From Syntrophobacter sp. (GTDB lineage: Bacteria > Desulfobacterota > Syntrophobacteria > Syntrophobacterales > Syntrophobacteraceae): a stretch of DNA of 64,000 bases. A model generated the notes under the pieces. It was given only the letters and a program-made list of their open reading frames with translations. It ran no database searches and had not been told where the DNA came from. How positions within the stretch are numbered: the first letter of the stretch is position 1; each line of letters opens with the position of its first letter. The position numbers and the translations under genes are program-made. The stretch is from contig JBDKTY010000067.1 of the NCBI GenBank assembly GCA_039679945.1, positions 2,414-66,413 of the forward strand, read 5' to 3'. This document shows positions 36,247 to 45,968 of the stretch, in pieces.

Positions 36247-37611
36247 ATGGACGAAGAAAAAATGGTTCCACAGAAACTTGGGATTAATGGCCTTGGAAGA
36301 ATCGCAAAACTTACAATCTGGCACCACGTCGAACGAAAGTATTTTTCCGAAATCGTTGTAAATATCGGCAGGGAAGTGGGAACGAAGCTGGAGGACATAG
36401 CTCATTTTATTGAGCATGACTCCACCTATGGGTCTCTGCACAGCTATCTGTACGGATCGCGGGCCAAGAGGTGCATCGAGCAGATCGATGATAAATCGGG
36501 AAGCTTTGTCATCGATGGCGTGAAGGCCACATTCCTGCGCCAGGCGAGAAACCCTTCCCAGATCGGGTGGAAGGGCAATGGCGTGGAACTGGTGGTCGAC
36601 GCGACGGGGGCCTTTCTCGATCCCACGTCCGCGCCGGACGATCCGAAAGGCTCGGCGCGAGGGCATTTGCTCTCCGGCGCTAAGAAGGTGATCGTCTCGG
36701 CTCCGTTCAAAATAAAGGACAAGAGCCGGGAGATGCCCTCGGATGCCATTACCACGGTCATGGGAATCAATGACACGGACTATGATCCCAAGAGGCACCT
36801 GATCGTTTCCAATGCATCCTGCACCACGACATGTCTTGCGTATATGGTCAAGCCGCTTCTGGACTTTTTCGGGGAAGACCGTATCCTTTCCGCGGCCATG
36901 ACCACGGTGCATGCCGCGACCAGTTCGCAGTCAGTCCTCGACCGGGCCCCCAAGGCAAGGGCGACTGATTTGCGCAAATCGCGCTCCGCTTTCAATAACA
37001 TCATTCTGACCAGCACGGGCGCGGCCAAGGCGCTGGGGTTGGTAATACCGGAGATGAAAAAAATCGGATTCATCGCGGAATCCGTGCGTATACCCGTGAC
37101 GACGGGCTCACTCATAATTCTGGCGCTGATGATCCAGGATGAAAGCCTCACGACTCCAATTGGGCGAGAGCTGATTAACAATGTCTACAAGAACGCCGTA
37201 AATCACTTCCCCGAGGGCTATCTCGTCTTTTCCGAAAAACAGAATGTGTCCTCGGATATCATCGGACTGCCCAGGGCAGCGGCGGTGATCGAAGGGGCCG
37301 AGAATCACACCCGGACCTCCGCGGTTCATATAGACGCGGATCGACTGCTGAATGCGATTGCCCTGCTGGATGAGACAGGGGCGCAAAGCGCCATTGCCTC
37401 GACGGATGCCGGTCCTCTGCGCGGACGAGAAGCAGTGAACGGCCGTCCGAAACAGAGAAGATACGTCGAGGTCCCCGTGACCCAGGCGGTAATCTACGGC
37501 TGGTACGATAATGAACTGGGCAGCTACACGAACATGCTGGGCGACCGGGCGGTCAGTATAGCGAAGCTCATGCGCATCGGCGCCTCCGCGCGCGTGCCGG
37601 TGATGGTCTGA
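36247..37611 (+). CDS. Glyceraldehyde-3-phosphate dehydrogenase family protein, long atypical form (~455 aa)
   Basis: NAD-binding LGINGLGRIAKL and catalytic SNASCTTTCL. There is a large insertion before ...YGWYDNELGSYTN and a C-terminal extension. Confidence 0.85.
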   Translation: MDEEKMVPQKLGINGLGRIAKLTIWHHVERKYFSEIVVNIGREVGTKLEDIAHFIEHDSTYGSLHSYLYGSRAKRCIEQIDDKSGSFVIDGVKATFLRQARNPSQIGWKGNGVELVVDATGAFLDPTSAPDDPKGSARGHLLSGAKKVIVSAPFKIKDKSREMPSDAITTVMGINDTDYDPKRHLIVSNASCTTTCLAYMVKPLLDFFGEDRILSAAMTTVHAATSSQSVLDRAPKARATDLRKSRSAFNNIILTSTGAAKALGLVIPEMKKIGFIAESVRIPVTTGSLIILALMIQDESLTTPIGRELINNVYKNAVNHFPEGYLVFSEKQNVSSDIIGLPRAAAVIEGAENHTRTSAVHIDADRLLNAIALLDETGAQSAIASTDAGPLRGREAVNGRPKQRRYVEVPVTQAVIYGWYDNELGSYTNMLGDRAVSIAKLMRIGASARVPVMV

Positions 37612-37870
37612 TCGCGCGAGGCCCTCAAGCCTCGGCTTCCCCATGGTCATGAAAGGATCACGGATTCGGTGACGGGCTCCAGGCCCGTCCCGAATTCCTT
37701 TCCACCCGCGGTCGCGACGCTGCCTCCGGAGCTTGCTCCCACCTCTCTATCGATCTCATCCTCGGAAATAGCTTGCATTTTTAAACGATTTGACATAGCC
37801 TTCTTATTCGGCTTCTAAACCGCCTTTATCATTCACTAAATCGATTCATTTGCTTTATGCCTCATGAAAG

Positions 37871-38488
37871 GTGCATAGCGTGATAGTGCGGCATTGGATG
37901 TCATCCGATCTGGTAACGATCAAAAAGGAAGCTTCCATCCAGGAGGCCCTTGCCCTCATGAAGCAGCAATCGATCCGGCATCTCCCCGTGGTGGGTCCGG
38001 ACAAGGAACTGGAGGGCTGGGTCACCGACGCGGACCTGCGTGGTGTCCTCATCGCGTCGATGCTGGAGGAGTTGACACTCGAAGACGTGATGATCCGGAA
38101 GCCATTTACCGGGTCACCGGACATGCCGCTCGAGGAGGCCGCACGCGTTCTCCTGGAAAAGCGGGTGGGCGGATTGCCCGTGGTCGAAAACGGCACGCTG
38201 GTCGGCATAATCACCGTCATAGATATACTGTCGGCCTTCATAACCTTCCTCGGGCTTTTCTCCGATTCTTCCCGCCTCGATGTGAAGGTAGCCGGCGACA
38301 TCAATCCGCTTCCCGAACTGACGCGCATCGTCAAACAGAAAGGCGCCGAGATAATCAGCATCTGCCACCTGCCCACGGAGGGTCAGGAGTACATATATTC
38401 CATCCGTCTCAAGAAAACCGACCTGAAACCGATCATTTCGGACCTCGAGGAGCACGGCATAGAAGTGGATTCGAACTTCGACCTGTGA
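37871..38488 (+). CDS. CBS-pair protein with an ACT-like C-terminal domain (AcuB-like)
   Basis: Two CBS motifs (IRHLPVV..., GGLPVVENGTLVGIITVIDIL) followed by a small regulatory domain. Confidence 0.85.
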   Translation: MHSVIVRHWMSSDLVTIKKEASIQEALALMKQQSIRHLPVVGPDKELEGWVTDADLRGVLIASMLEELTLEDVMIRKPFTGSPDMPLEEAARVLLEKRVGGLPVVENGTLVGIITVIDILSAFITFLGLFSDSSRLDVKVAGDINPLPELTRIVKQKGAEIISICHLPTEGQEYIYSIRLKKTDLKPIISDLEEHGIEVDSNFDL

Positions 38489-38527
38489 TCCCGGACAGGT
38501 TCCGCGTCCGTCCCCGGATACCGCCGG

Positions 38528-38637
38528 CCTGTTTCGCCCTTCGATGCTCGGGGCGGAAGGGAATATGCGGGTCGCTACCCGCGGGGGAAAACCGGTCCTT
38601 GAGAAGTATCGAAGCCTGAACGGGCCAATTCACTCAG
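38528..38637 (+). repeat. Degenerate copy of the structured intergenic repeat
   Basis: GCCCTTCGATGCTCGGGGCGGAAGGG (38536-38561) and ...GAACGGGCCAATTCACTCAG match the core and 3' end of the 128-nt unit. It lies in a convergent intergenic region. Confidence 0.4.
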
Positions 38638-38649
38638 TGCGTGTCCTGC

Positions 38650-39621
38650 CTATACCTCCAAAAGCGACCGTATTTCCCCAGCCACCTCGGCATCCGGCAC
38701 ACCCGGCGCAGCGGACGGGTCCCACTCGAAAACATCCCGCTCACTCCAGTCCCCGCGCACTACACGGACCGATTCACCTCGGGGCGCCCAGACTTCGGGA
38801 TCGGTCGGACCGAAGACCACCACTGAGGGAGTTCCAACCGCCGCCGCGAGATGACCCACCCCCGAATCGCTCCCGAGGTACAGCCGGCACTGAGCAATGA
38901 AGGCCGCAAGCCGGGCCCGCGAAAACCCATGAAGCACCGTGATGCCCTCCCCGCTCATCATTTCCGCGAACTCCCGCAAGCATTCGTCAGCCGGGCCCAC
39001 GGAGAGCAGCACCGGCAGCGAGAGTTCCCGGGATAGCCAGTACAGAAGGTCCCGCCACTTCGCGAGCGGCCATATCTTTCTCCTGCCGCCGCTTCCGGGG
39101 TGAACCAGAACGGGTTTTGCCTCGACCGCGCGCGCTTTCAGGAACTCTTGCGCGGCGAACATATCCGACTCTGGCGGCTCAAGTGACAGGAAGCCCTTCC
39201 CACATGGCAGCCCCAGCGTTGACAACTGGGCGGAGATATAGTCGAAGGCGTGTGAACCGGCATGGTCCGGGGGTGGAAAGGAGCGCAAAAGGAGGACTTT
39301 CGCGCTCAGGCGCGCCGAGAGTCTCTCGGCCAGCAGCCTGCTTCCCGCCTGCCCGACTACAAAGACCTGTTGAGCCCGCGCCAGAAAGCCGGGCAGAGGC
39401 GTCGTTTCCCACGCGCTGTCATCGAGGAGCGCGGGAATCAGCGGTCCGTCCAGCGAATGGAATTCCCCGAGATACCCTTTCCCCGTCAGGAGTGAGAAGT
39501 GCTCGCGTTTTGACCAGAAGTCCACGACAACGCCGGGCTCCGATGTGAACACTCCCTCCAGCGCGCCCGCCGCGACAAGGAAGTCTCCGAGCGCTCCCTG
39601 GTGGAACAGCACGATCTTCAC
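38650..39621 (-). CDS. Glycosyltransferase family 9 (LPS heptosyltransferase-like)
   Basis: MKIVLFHQGALGDFL..., VHPGSGGRRKIWPLAKW, LGSDSGVGHLAAAVGTPSVVVFGPT. Confidence 0.88.
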   Translation of the reverse strand: MKIVLFHQGALGDFLVAAGALEGVFTSEPGVVVDFWSKREHFSLLTGKGYLGEFHSLDGPLIPALLDDSAWETTPLPGFLARAQQVFVVGQAGSRLLAERLSARLSAKVLLLRSFPPPDHAGSHAFDYISAQLSTLGLPCGKGFLSLEPPESDMFAAQEFLKARAVEAKPVLVHPGSGGRRKIWPLAKWRDLLYWLSRELSLPVLLSVGPADECLREFAEMMSGEGITVLHGFSRARLAAFIAQCRLYLGSDSGVGHLAAAVGTPSVVVFGPTDPEVWAPRGESVRVVRGDWSERDVFEWDPSAAPGVPDAEVAGEIRSLLEV

Positions 39622-40253
39622 CGCGCGGATTCTGCCAGGGCCAGGAAATCCGTTATGCCGAAATCCGGATTTCGTCGTGTTTCGTAATCGATTATGACAT
39701 CGGCGAGTTCGCGATAGAGCAGCTCACGGGATTCGAGGAGGTCCTCGTAGCAGCGCCGCAGGGCTTCCTGGCGGCTTTCTCCGGGTTCCGGATTGAAGAG
39801 CCCCCTCCAGAGGATCGGCCTCGGCTTGGCCATATAAGCGCGGAGCATTTCCTGGCGGGCCTCCGGGGGAGACGCGAAATGAATGACGAGGGTAAGCGAT
39901 TTGAGTCTTTCCAGCAGTTCCCGGCCCGTATAGATCACGCTTCCGGTAGTGTCCACCACCGTCTTTTCGGGATTCACGGCCGGCGCATGCCGCTCGATCC
40001 CGCCCAGGACCTCGGCGACAACCTCATTTTCGCGGGCAAGATATTTTGCTTCCTTTTCCGGGTACCCGTCATCATAGGGAAACCCCATCCACTCACCGAG
40101 CGTGAGGGCGGTTCCGTCGGCGCGCCTCAGTTCCGATGAAAGCCTCTCGGTGATGAGATCGTCGCAGCAGTAGCGCGTGAATCCGGATCGTGACAATAGG
40201 GAAGACCAGTGTGACTTGCCGGAACCTGACATTCCGATAAGGGAAATAACCAT
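39618..40253 (-). CDS. P-loop kinase-like protein (shikimate/adenylate kinase fold)
   Basis: MVISLIGMSGSGKSHWS contains a Walker A motif. I chose the start at M107 of the track ORF. 4-nt overlap with the GT9 gene. Confidence 0.7.
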   Translation of the reverse strand: MVISLIGMSGSGKSHWSSLLSRSGFTRYCCDDLITERLSSELRRADGTALTLGEWMGFPYDDGYPEKEAKYLARENEVVAEVLGGIERHAPAVNPEKTVVDTTGSVIYTGRELLERLKSLTLVIHFASPPEARQEMLRAYMAKPRPILWRGLFNPEPGESRQEALRRCYEDLLESRELLYRELADVIIDYETRRNPDFGITDFLALAESAR

Positions 40254-40467
40254 TTTACATTCCACAGTTTGGGGTGATTGCGAACAGTTCCAAAGTGTTG
40301 AGTATGACATGAGAAAGTACCAAAACAAACCCAAAACCGGAATAGCCGCGCATCGACAAATCTCGAAAAGGTAGTATTTCAGGAAAGTGAACGATTTGAC
40401 TTTGACAGGACAGCCAAAATACGCCAGAAAACAGCATTTAAAGGCCACTCCAGGAAAGGAAGAATTG

Positions 40468-41187
40468 ATGCGGCACAAAGACATTCCATTGCGGGAGCGG
40501 ATAATTTTCGCGCTCGATGTCGATTCCCCGGACAAGGCGAAGGAACTGGTGCGGCGGCTGGAAAGCCACATAGGCTTCTACAAGGTCGGCCTGCAGCTTT
40601 TCCTCGCCGGCTGGTTCCCCGTTATCGAGTGGATAGCCTTGCGCGGGCACAAGGTGATGGTGGATCTGAAGTTCTTCGATGTTCCCGAAACGGTGAAGCT
40701 CGCGGTCGGTCAACTCACGGGGAGGAATGTGACATTCGCGACCGTGCATGGCAATGATCCGATCCTCAAGGCGGCGGCCGAGGCCAAAAAGGAAGTAAAG
40801 ATCCTGGCCGTGACCGCCCTCACCAGCTTCGGCGAGGAGGACATGAAAGAGATGCTCGGGGCGCCCTGCAAGGTGGAAGACCTGGTCCTCGCACGGGCGC
40901 GGCGCGCCCTCAAGGCCGGAATAGACGGCATCGTCTCCTCCGGACTGGAAGCGGCAAGGCTGCGCGGCGAACTGGGAGACAACTTCCTCGTCGTCACTCC
41001 CGGCATTCGTCCCGGCAAGAACATCGAAGTCAGGCAGGACGACCAGAAGCGGATAATCACGGCCGGCGAAGCGATACGCAACGGCGCGGACCACATCGTC
41101 GTCGGGCGGCCCATACGTGATGCCACCGATCCGATCGCCGTCATCGCGGCCATGCACGGTGAGATCGAAAAGGCGCTGGGGGCTTAG
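40468..41187 (+). CDS. pyrF: Orotidine 5'-phosphate decarboxylase
   Basis: IIFALDV...GFYKVGLQLF...MVDLKFFDVPETV...VVGRPI. An AAGGAAG RBS precedes the ATG at 40468. Confidence 0.92.
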   Translation: MRHKDIPLRERIIFALDVDSPDKAKELVRRLESHIGFYKVGLQLFLAGWFPVIEWIALRGHKVMVDLKFFDVPETVKLAVGQLTGRNVTFATVHGNDPILKAAAEAKKEVKILAVTALTSFGEEDMKEMLGAPCKVEDLVLARARRALKAGIDGIVSSGLEAARLRGELGDNFLVVTPGIRPGKNIEVRQDDQKRIITAGEAIRNGADHIVVGRPIRDATDPIAVIAAMHGEIEKALGA

Positions 41188-41781
41188 CCGGGGAATGGTA
41201 CCCGGCTCGGATCGCAAGCGCGGCGCCGAACGGATACCGGACTTATTTTCCTGCCCCGCGGGTCGCTCGAACCGCCGCGGACCACCGATGAGATTTACTG
41301 GAAGAGATTGTACAAGTGGACGATAAGCGCCGCCAGGATAATTGAAATGACCAACACAACATTTGCCCAAAGACTGATGAAACTTTCTTTCATGATGAAT
41401 CTCGTCTTGTCTGTACGGTAATGCCGTTGAAGGAGTGAGAATACGTCCCTCGCGGATAACGGTCATGCCGGTCGGGAGGCCGCCATCCGATTGCCTGAAG
41501 ACTAATAATGACCGTGTCGGTTCTTCCCGGAGAGTACCACGGAGCACAGCGGAGGAGGATTACGAGGTCACTCGCAAGGAGCTATTCAAAACGTTTTCCC
41601 GCGATAACGAACCAAGGTCTTTTCAAGCCCAATATAGTCGAACACGAATTCGAAATCCAGGGAGGGGCGGGCAAAAAATGCATCTCATCGCCGAGCTTTC
41701 GAGCTTGCACGACGCACCATCCCCGGCCCGGCTGCTTATTCTTCATCTCTGCTATTGAGAAAGCAGGGCCCGGGCCGCGGG

Positions 41782-42267
41782 CTATGGATGATCAGGTGTA
41801 CCAATGTTCGTGGACGTCAGTCGTTTCTCCAGGAATATCAGCGTGAGTCTGTCCGTTGCGGCCTCGGATGCGAACGGACAGTATCCAAGCTCGCGATAGA
41901 ATCTTAGATTTCGCTCGCTACGTGATCCCGTGAACAACTCAAACCGTTCAGCCCGCCCGAAACGTGTTTCAATTTCTTTCATCAAAAGCGTACCAACGCC
42001 GCGGCCCTGAAAATCCGGATGGACGATAAGCCTTCCGATATGGCATGTTCCCTCTTTCATGACGGCCCTGACTGAACCAATGATCTTTCCATCAAAATAG
42101 ACTTTCAGGAAGAACCAGCGGTCAAAGTCCTTTCGTATCTGATCAAGAGTCTGTGTCAGCGGCGGAATGGCGAAGTCATCGTAAATCGCTGCTTCGCTCT
42201 GATAAGCGAGTTTCTGAAGGTCCAGGATTTCCTTCGCATCTTCCAGGAATGCCTGCTCAGTTTTCAT
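41782..42267 (-). CDS. GNAT family N-acetyltransferase
   Basis: RLIVHPDFQGRGVGTLLMKEIE...RNLRFYRELGY. Confidence 0.85.
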   Translation of the reverse strand: MKTEQAFLEDAKEILDLQKLAYQSEAAIYDDFAIPPLTQTLDQIRKDFDRWFFLKVYFDGKIIGSVRAVMKEGTCHIGRLIVHPDFQGRGVGTLLMKEIETRFGRAERFELFTGSRSERNLRFYRELGYCPFASEAATDRLTLIFLEKRLTSTNIGTPDHP

Positions 42268-42780
42268 ACAGATCCCTCTACGATCGGTCAAGCTCGCAAC
42301 AGCTTCCGTCGCTAAACACGACGGACAGGTTTACCGGTGAATCATTTGATGACAATACAGACGCCTAATGATTCCAAAGCGTTAATTGGTAACCGTGCAT
42401 CGGACAGATGATTCCATGGTTAGAAACAACTATGCGTGGTCGAAATTCCGACTGTGCATGATCATTGGTCACGGACCGTAATAGCATAGTCGAAAATGGC
42501 TATAGTAACGAAAAATGGTCACCGTTGTTTGTGATCTTTATGAGCATTAGTAGGCTCTAAATTGGCAAGCGACATTTATAGCGTAATGCCTTCGGCCTGA
42601 TTTGAAGGAGGCGGCACGCGTCCCCGGAAACCGGGCTAGGCCGGTTTCCGGGAAAAAGCCGTAGCGGCTCCCATCCATTTAATTTCCTTTAAGAAAGTAA
42701 TTTCTTAATCCGATGTAGATGTTACACGGAGCGCATGGGTGTCTTTTCCACAGCGGGAAGAATTCTAAATAATCGGGGAA

Positions 42781-44721
42781 GTGCAAGTGGAGCATCACGA
42801 GATACTGAAATTGATGGGGAAACCCAACCTGGGCGAGGAGTCCGGCAAGGGCAGGGGCGAACAAACCGCCGAAATCTACATGCTTCTGCTCCATAAGGGG
42901 TTCCTTACGCCCGACCAGCTTAAGTACGCCGCAAGGGTACACTCCAAGCTATCAGGCAACCAGACTCTGCTCCAGGTACTGCAGGAACTCAGGTTCATCA
43001 CCCCCGAGCAGCTTGACGAAACGCTGGCCGCAAATCGACTGAATCTCAAAATCGGCGCTTTGCTGGTGGAACTCGGCCACATCACCAAGAACGAACTTGA
43101 AACCGCGATAAGCCTTCAGAAGGAAAGCACGACCCGGAAGACCATCGGTGAAATTCTGGTGGAAGGCGGTTTCCTCGAGGAGCGCAAGTTCCTGGAAGTA
43201 CTCTCCTACCAGTTGGGACTTCCGTTTCACCAGCTCGAACTCTCTAAAATCGAGCCGAATCTTTTGCGAAGAGCCCCGGCAAGGTGGTACTCGCAGCACG
43301 GCTTTCTTCCCATCGGGGTTGCCAACGGCCGCGTGACCGTCGCCTTTCCCGATCCCCTGAACCGCGACAGCATCGACGCAGCCGAAAAAACGTTCGGCAA
43401 AATCATTCCCTCTATCTGCAGCAGGAGCGATTTCCGCGAAATAGTCGCGGCCCTGGAACGTGACGCCACAAACGCCAGGGCAAATGAGCCGGATGAAAAA
43501 TCGGTCGTCAGTATAGTAAACTCCCTGATAGACGAGGCTGTCAAAAGCAAGACCAGTGACATCCACATCGAACCGACGCGCGACAAGGTCAGGGTCCGTT
43601 TCCGCATCGACGGGGTACTGGTCCAGCACCGGGACCTCCCGCCGGAAATGGGGCCGCCGCTTTCCAGCCGCCTGAAAATAATGTCCAAGTCCGACATCGC
43701 CGAGAGAAGAAGGCACCAGGGAGGCAGGATCCTTTTCGAGAATTCCAGGACGGGAACCACGCTGGACCTGCGTATCTCGTTTTTCGTGACCGTATGGGGC
43801 GAGACCATAGTAATCAGGCTCCTGAACACCAAGGCGCAGGTTCACGACCTCATGGAAATAGGGTTGTTTCCGAAGATCCTGGACCGATTTCGCTTCGACG
43901 CACTCGACCTGCCGAGCGGCGTGATCATGGTCACCGGGCCGACCGGCTCGGGGAAAACCACCACCCTCTACAGCGCGATTAACTACCTGGAAAACGTCAA
44001 CACATGCATCGTCACGGTGGAAGACCCGGTCGAATACCTGCTGGACGGCATCGCGCAATGTTCGATCGATCCCAAAATCAACCTCACTTTCGAGGAAAGC
44101 CTCAGGCACGTCGTCAGGCAGGACCCCGACATCATAGTAATCGGGGAGGTGCGCGATCAGTTCTCGGCCGAGACATGCATACAGGCATCCCTCACGGGCC
44201 ATAAGGTCCTCACCACCTTCCATACCGAAGACAGCATCGGGTGCCTGATCCGGCTCCTGAACATGAACATCGAACCATTTCTCATCTCCTCCACGGTGGT
44301 GGGCGTGGTGGCGCAGAGGCTTCTCAGGAAGATCTGTCCGCATTGCGCCGAACCCTACGTCCCGAAGGCGCCAGAGCTTTACCGGCTCGGATACACGGCG
44401 GCGGACATCAAGGGCGCCAAATTCAGATTGGGACGGGGATGCGGCGAGTGCCGCTTCACGGGCTACAAAGGCAGGCTGGGAGCATTTGAACTCCTCGTGC
44501 TGAACGAACCGGTGAAGGATGCCGTGCTCACGAAGAAAACATCCTATGAAGTCAGACGAATCAGTATGGACACCTCCGGATTGGTGACTCTGCTCGAGGA
44601 TGGAATCATGAAGGCGGTTAACGGCACGACATCCCTCCAGGAGGTATTCCGGTCCCTGCCGCGCGTCGTAAAACCACGGCCTATCGCGGAACTCCGCAGA
44701 CTGTTAGGAACAGAACAATGA
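42781..44721 (+). CDS. GspE/PilB/MshE-family secretion ATPase with tandem N-terminal T2SSE_N (MshEN-like) modules
   Basis: Walker A GPTGSGKTTT, Asp/His boxes, and the tetra-Cys CPHC...CGEC. The N-terminus carries KIGALLVELGHITKNELETAISLQ and TIGEILVEGGFLEERKFLEVLSYQ. The exact start is uncertain (GTG 42781 or 42787). Confidence 0.92.
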   Translation: MQVEHHEILKLMGKPNLGEESGKGRGEQTAEIYMLLLHKGFLTPDQLKYAARVHSKLSGNQTLLQVLQELRFITPEQLDETLAANRLNLKIGALLVELGHITKNELETAISLQKESTTRKTIGEILVEGGFLEERKFLEVLSYQLGLPFHQLELSKIEPNLLRRAPARWYSQHGFLPIGVANGRVTVAFPDPLNRDSIDAAEKTFGKIIPSICSRSDFREIVAALERDATNARANEPDEKSVVSIVNSLIDEAVKSKTSDIHIEPTRDKVRVRFRIDGVLVQHRDLPPEMGPPLSSRLKIMSKSDIAERRRHQGGRILFENSRTGTTLDLRISFFVTVWGETIVIRLLNTKAQVHDLMEIGLFPKILDRFRFDALDLPSGVIMVTGPTGSGKTTTLYSAINYLENVNTCIVTVEDPVEYLLDGIAQCSIDPKINLTFEESLRHVVRQDPDIIVIGEVRDQFSAETCIQASLTGHKVLTTFHTEDSIGCLIRLLNMNIEPFLISSTVVGVVAQRLLRKICPHCAEPYVPKAPELYRLGYTAADIKGAKFRLGRGCGECRFTGYKGRLGAFELLVLNEPVKDAVLTKKTSYEVRRISMDTSGLVTLLEDGIMKAVNGTTSLQEVFRSLPRVVKPRPIAELRRLLGTEQ

Positions 44722-45575
44722 GCCATGAGAAAAGCACGCAATCGCTGTTGGACATAGTCAAGGAGTACGCCTCCTCCGAAAAACTCGCCCTCCCGGTATT
44801 TCCCTCCGTCGCGAACCAGCTTCAACAGGTGATGGCGGATACCGAGGTGCCGATCGAACAGATAGCCGAAATAATCGGCCGGGACCAGGCACTGACCAGC
44901 CAGATCCTCAAGATGGCCAACTCCGCCTTCTTTTCCGGGCTGAACCGGGTGCGCACCATTCGCGAGGCGCTCCTGCGCATGGGTACGAACCAGGTTTTCA
45001 ACTGCCTGATCGTGAGCGCTCAGAAGGACCTCTACAAATCCAAAAACGCAATCATCGACGGCTATCTCGTGACCTTATGGAAACACGCCCTGGCAACGGC
45101 CATGGGGACTAAATGGCTGTTGAAGAAAACGGGCTACGCGGAACTGGCGGAAGAAGGATTCCTCGCGGGGTTGCTTCACGACATCGGAAAACTGCTGCTG
45201 CTCAGGGTACTCGAGAACCTGAACTCCGAAAACGCGGAACTCAAGTTCTCGAATGAATTCATTACCGAAATCCTCGACTCGATGCACGTCGAACAGGGCT
45301 ATAATCTCATGGAGGAATGGAGCATTCCGCCCATCTATTGCGGCATAGTCCGTGACCATCACACCGAGGATTTCGACAGCTCGGATGTCCAGCTTCTGGC
45401 GGTGAGAATCGCCAACCAGTTGTGCCGCAAGGTGAGCATCAGCCTGCACCCGGAGAATAATATCGTCCCGGCCACCCTCCCCGAAGTCCATGCGCTGGGC
45501 ATCAGGGAAATCATCCTGGCCGAAATGGAGATTGTACTGGAAGACGCCATGGATTCGGAACTGGTGGGGAAGTGA
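44718..45575 (+). CDS. HDOD domain signalling protein
   Basis: LPVFPSVANQLQQVM...ILKMANSAFF...GLLHDIGKLLL. ATGA overlap with the ATPase gene. Confidence 0.88.
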   Translation: MSHEKSTQSLLDIVKEYASSEKLALPVFPSVANQLQQVMADTEVPIEQIAEIIGRDQALTSQILKMANSAFFSGLNRVRTIREALLRMGTNQVFNCLIVSAQKDLYKSKNAIIDGYLVTLWKHALATAMGTKWLLKKTGYAELAEEGFLAGLLHDIGKLLLLRVLENLNSENAELKFSNEFITEILDSMHVEQGYNLMEEWSIPPIYCGIVRDHHTEDFDSSDVQLLAVRIANQLCRKVSISLHPENNIVPATLPEVHALGIREIILAEMEIVLEDAMDSELVGK

Positions 45576-45642
45576 GGCGGGGCAGGCTCGCCAGGCGCCC
45601 GCCCCCCCCGTTCATACCGGGCTATTGAAGCATGAACGGGAG

Positions 45643-45770
45643 TGATACGGAGTTGCGTTCAAGATGAGTCTATCCCTAAATTGAAGATGCCGTTCAGAAT
45701 TGACCCGTTCTACCCTTCGATACCTCGGGGCGAACGGGGGTATATCCTCTTGAACGCCAATTAGTATGAG
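45643..45770 (+). repeat. 128-nt structured intergenic repeat, copy 2
   Basis: Only 3 substitutions relative to 8941-9068. It is flanked by further CCCGTTC/GAACGGG hairpins (45608-45641, 45906-45935). Confidence 0.8.
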
Positions 45771-45968
45771 TACCCGGTTACTCAAAAAAAGCTCATTTCG
45801 CTGCGTCATGAGCATTATTCAGGAAACGGACTCCACGCCCCCTTGCTTCGATAACTCCCGAAAAACCTGATCCACGTGCCGTGGAAAATGTGATCTCTCA
45901 TTACACCCGTTCATGCTTCGGCGCTCTCGGGAAACAGTTCCCTCCCTCGGAATATAGAAGCGCTTATT

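Noticed and set aside
37762-37777. Sigma-54-like TCGGAAATAGCTTGCA upstream of the CBS gene
   Set aside because: The GG-to-GC spacing is 9 nt, one short.
41295-41393. 32-codon hydrophobic minus-strand ORF
   Set aside because: It makes a plausible single-TM peptide, but the RBS is weak and I have no comparative evidence. I did not list it as a feature.
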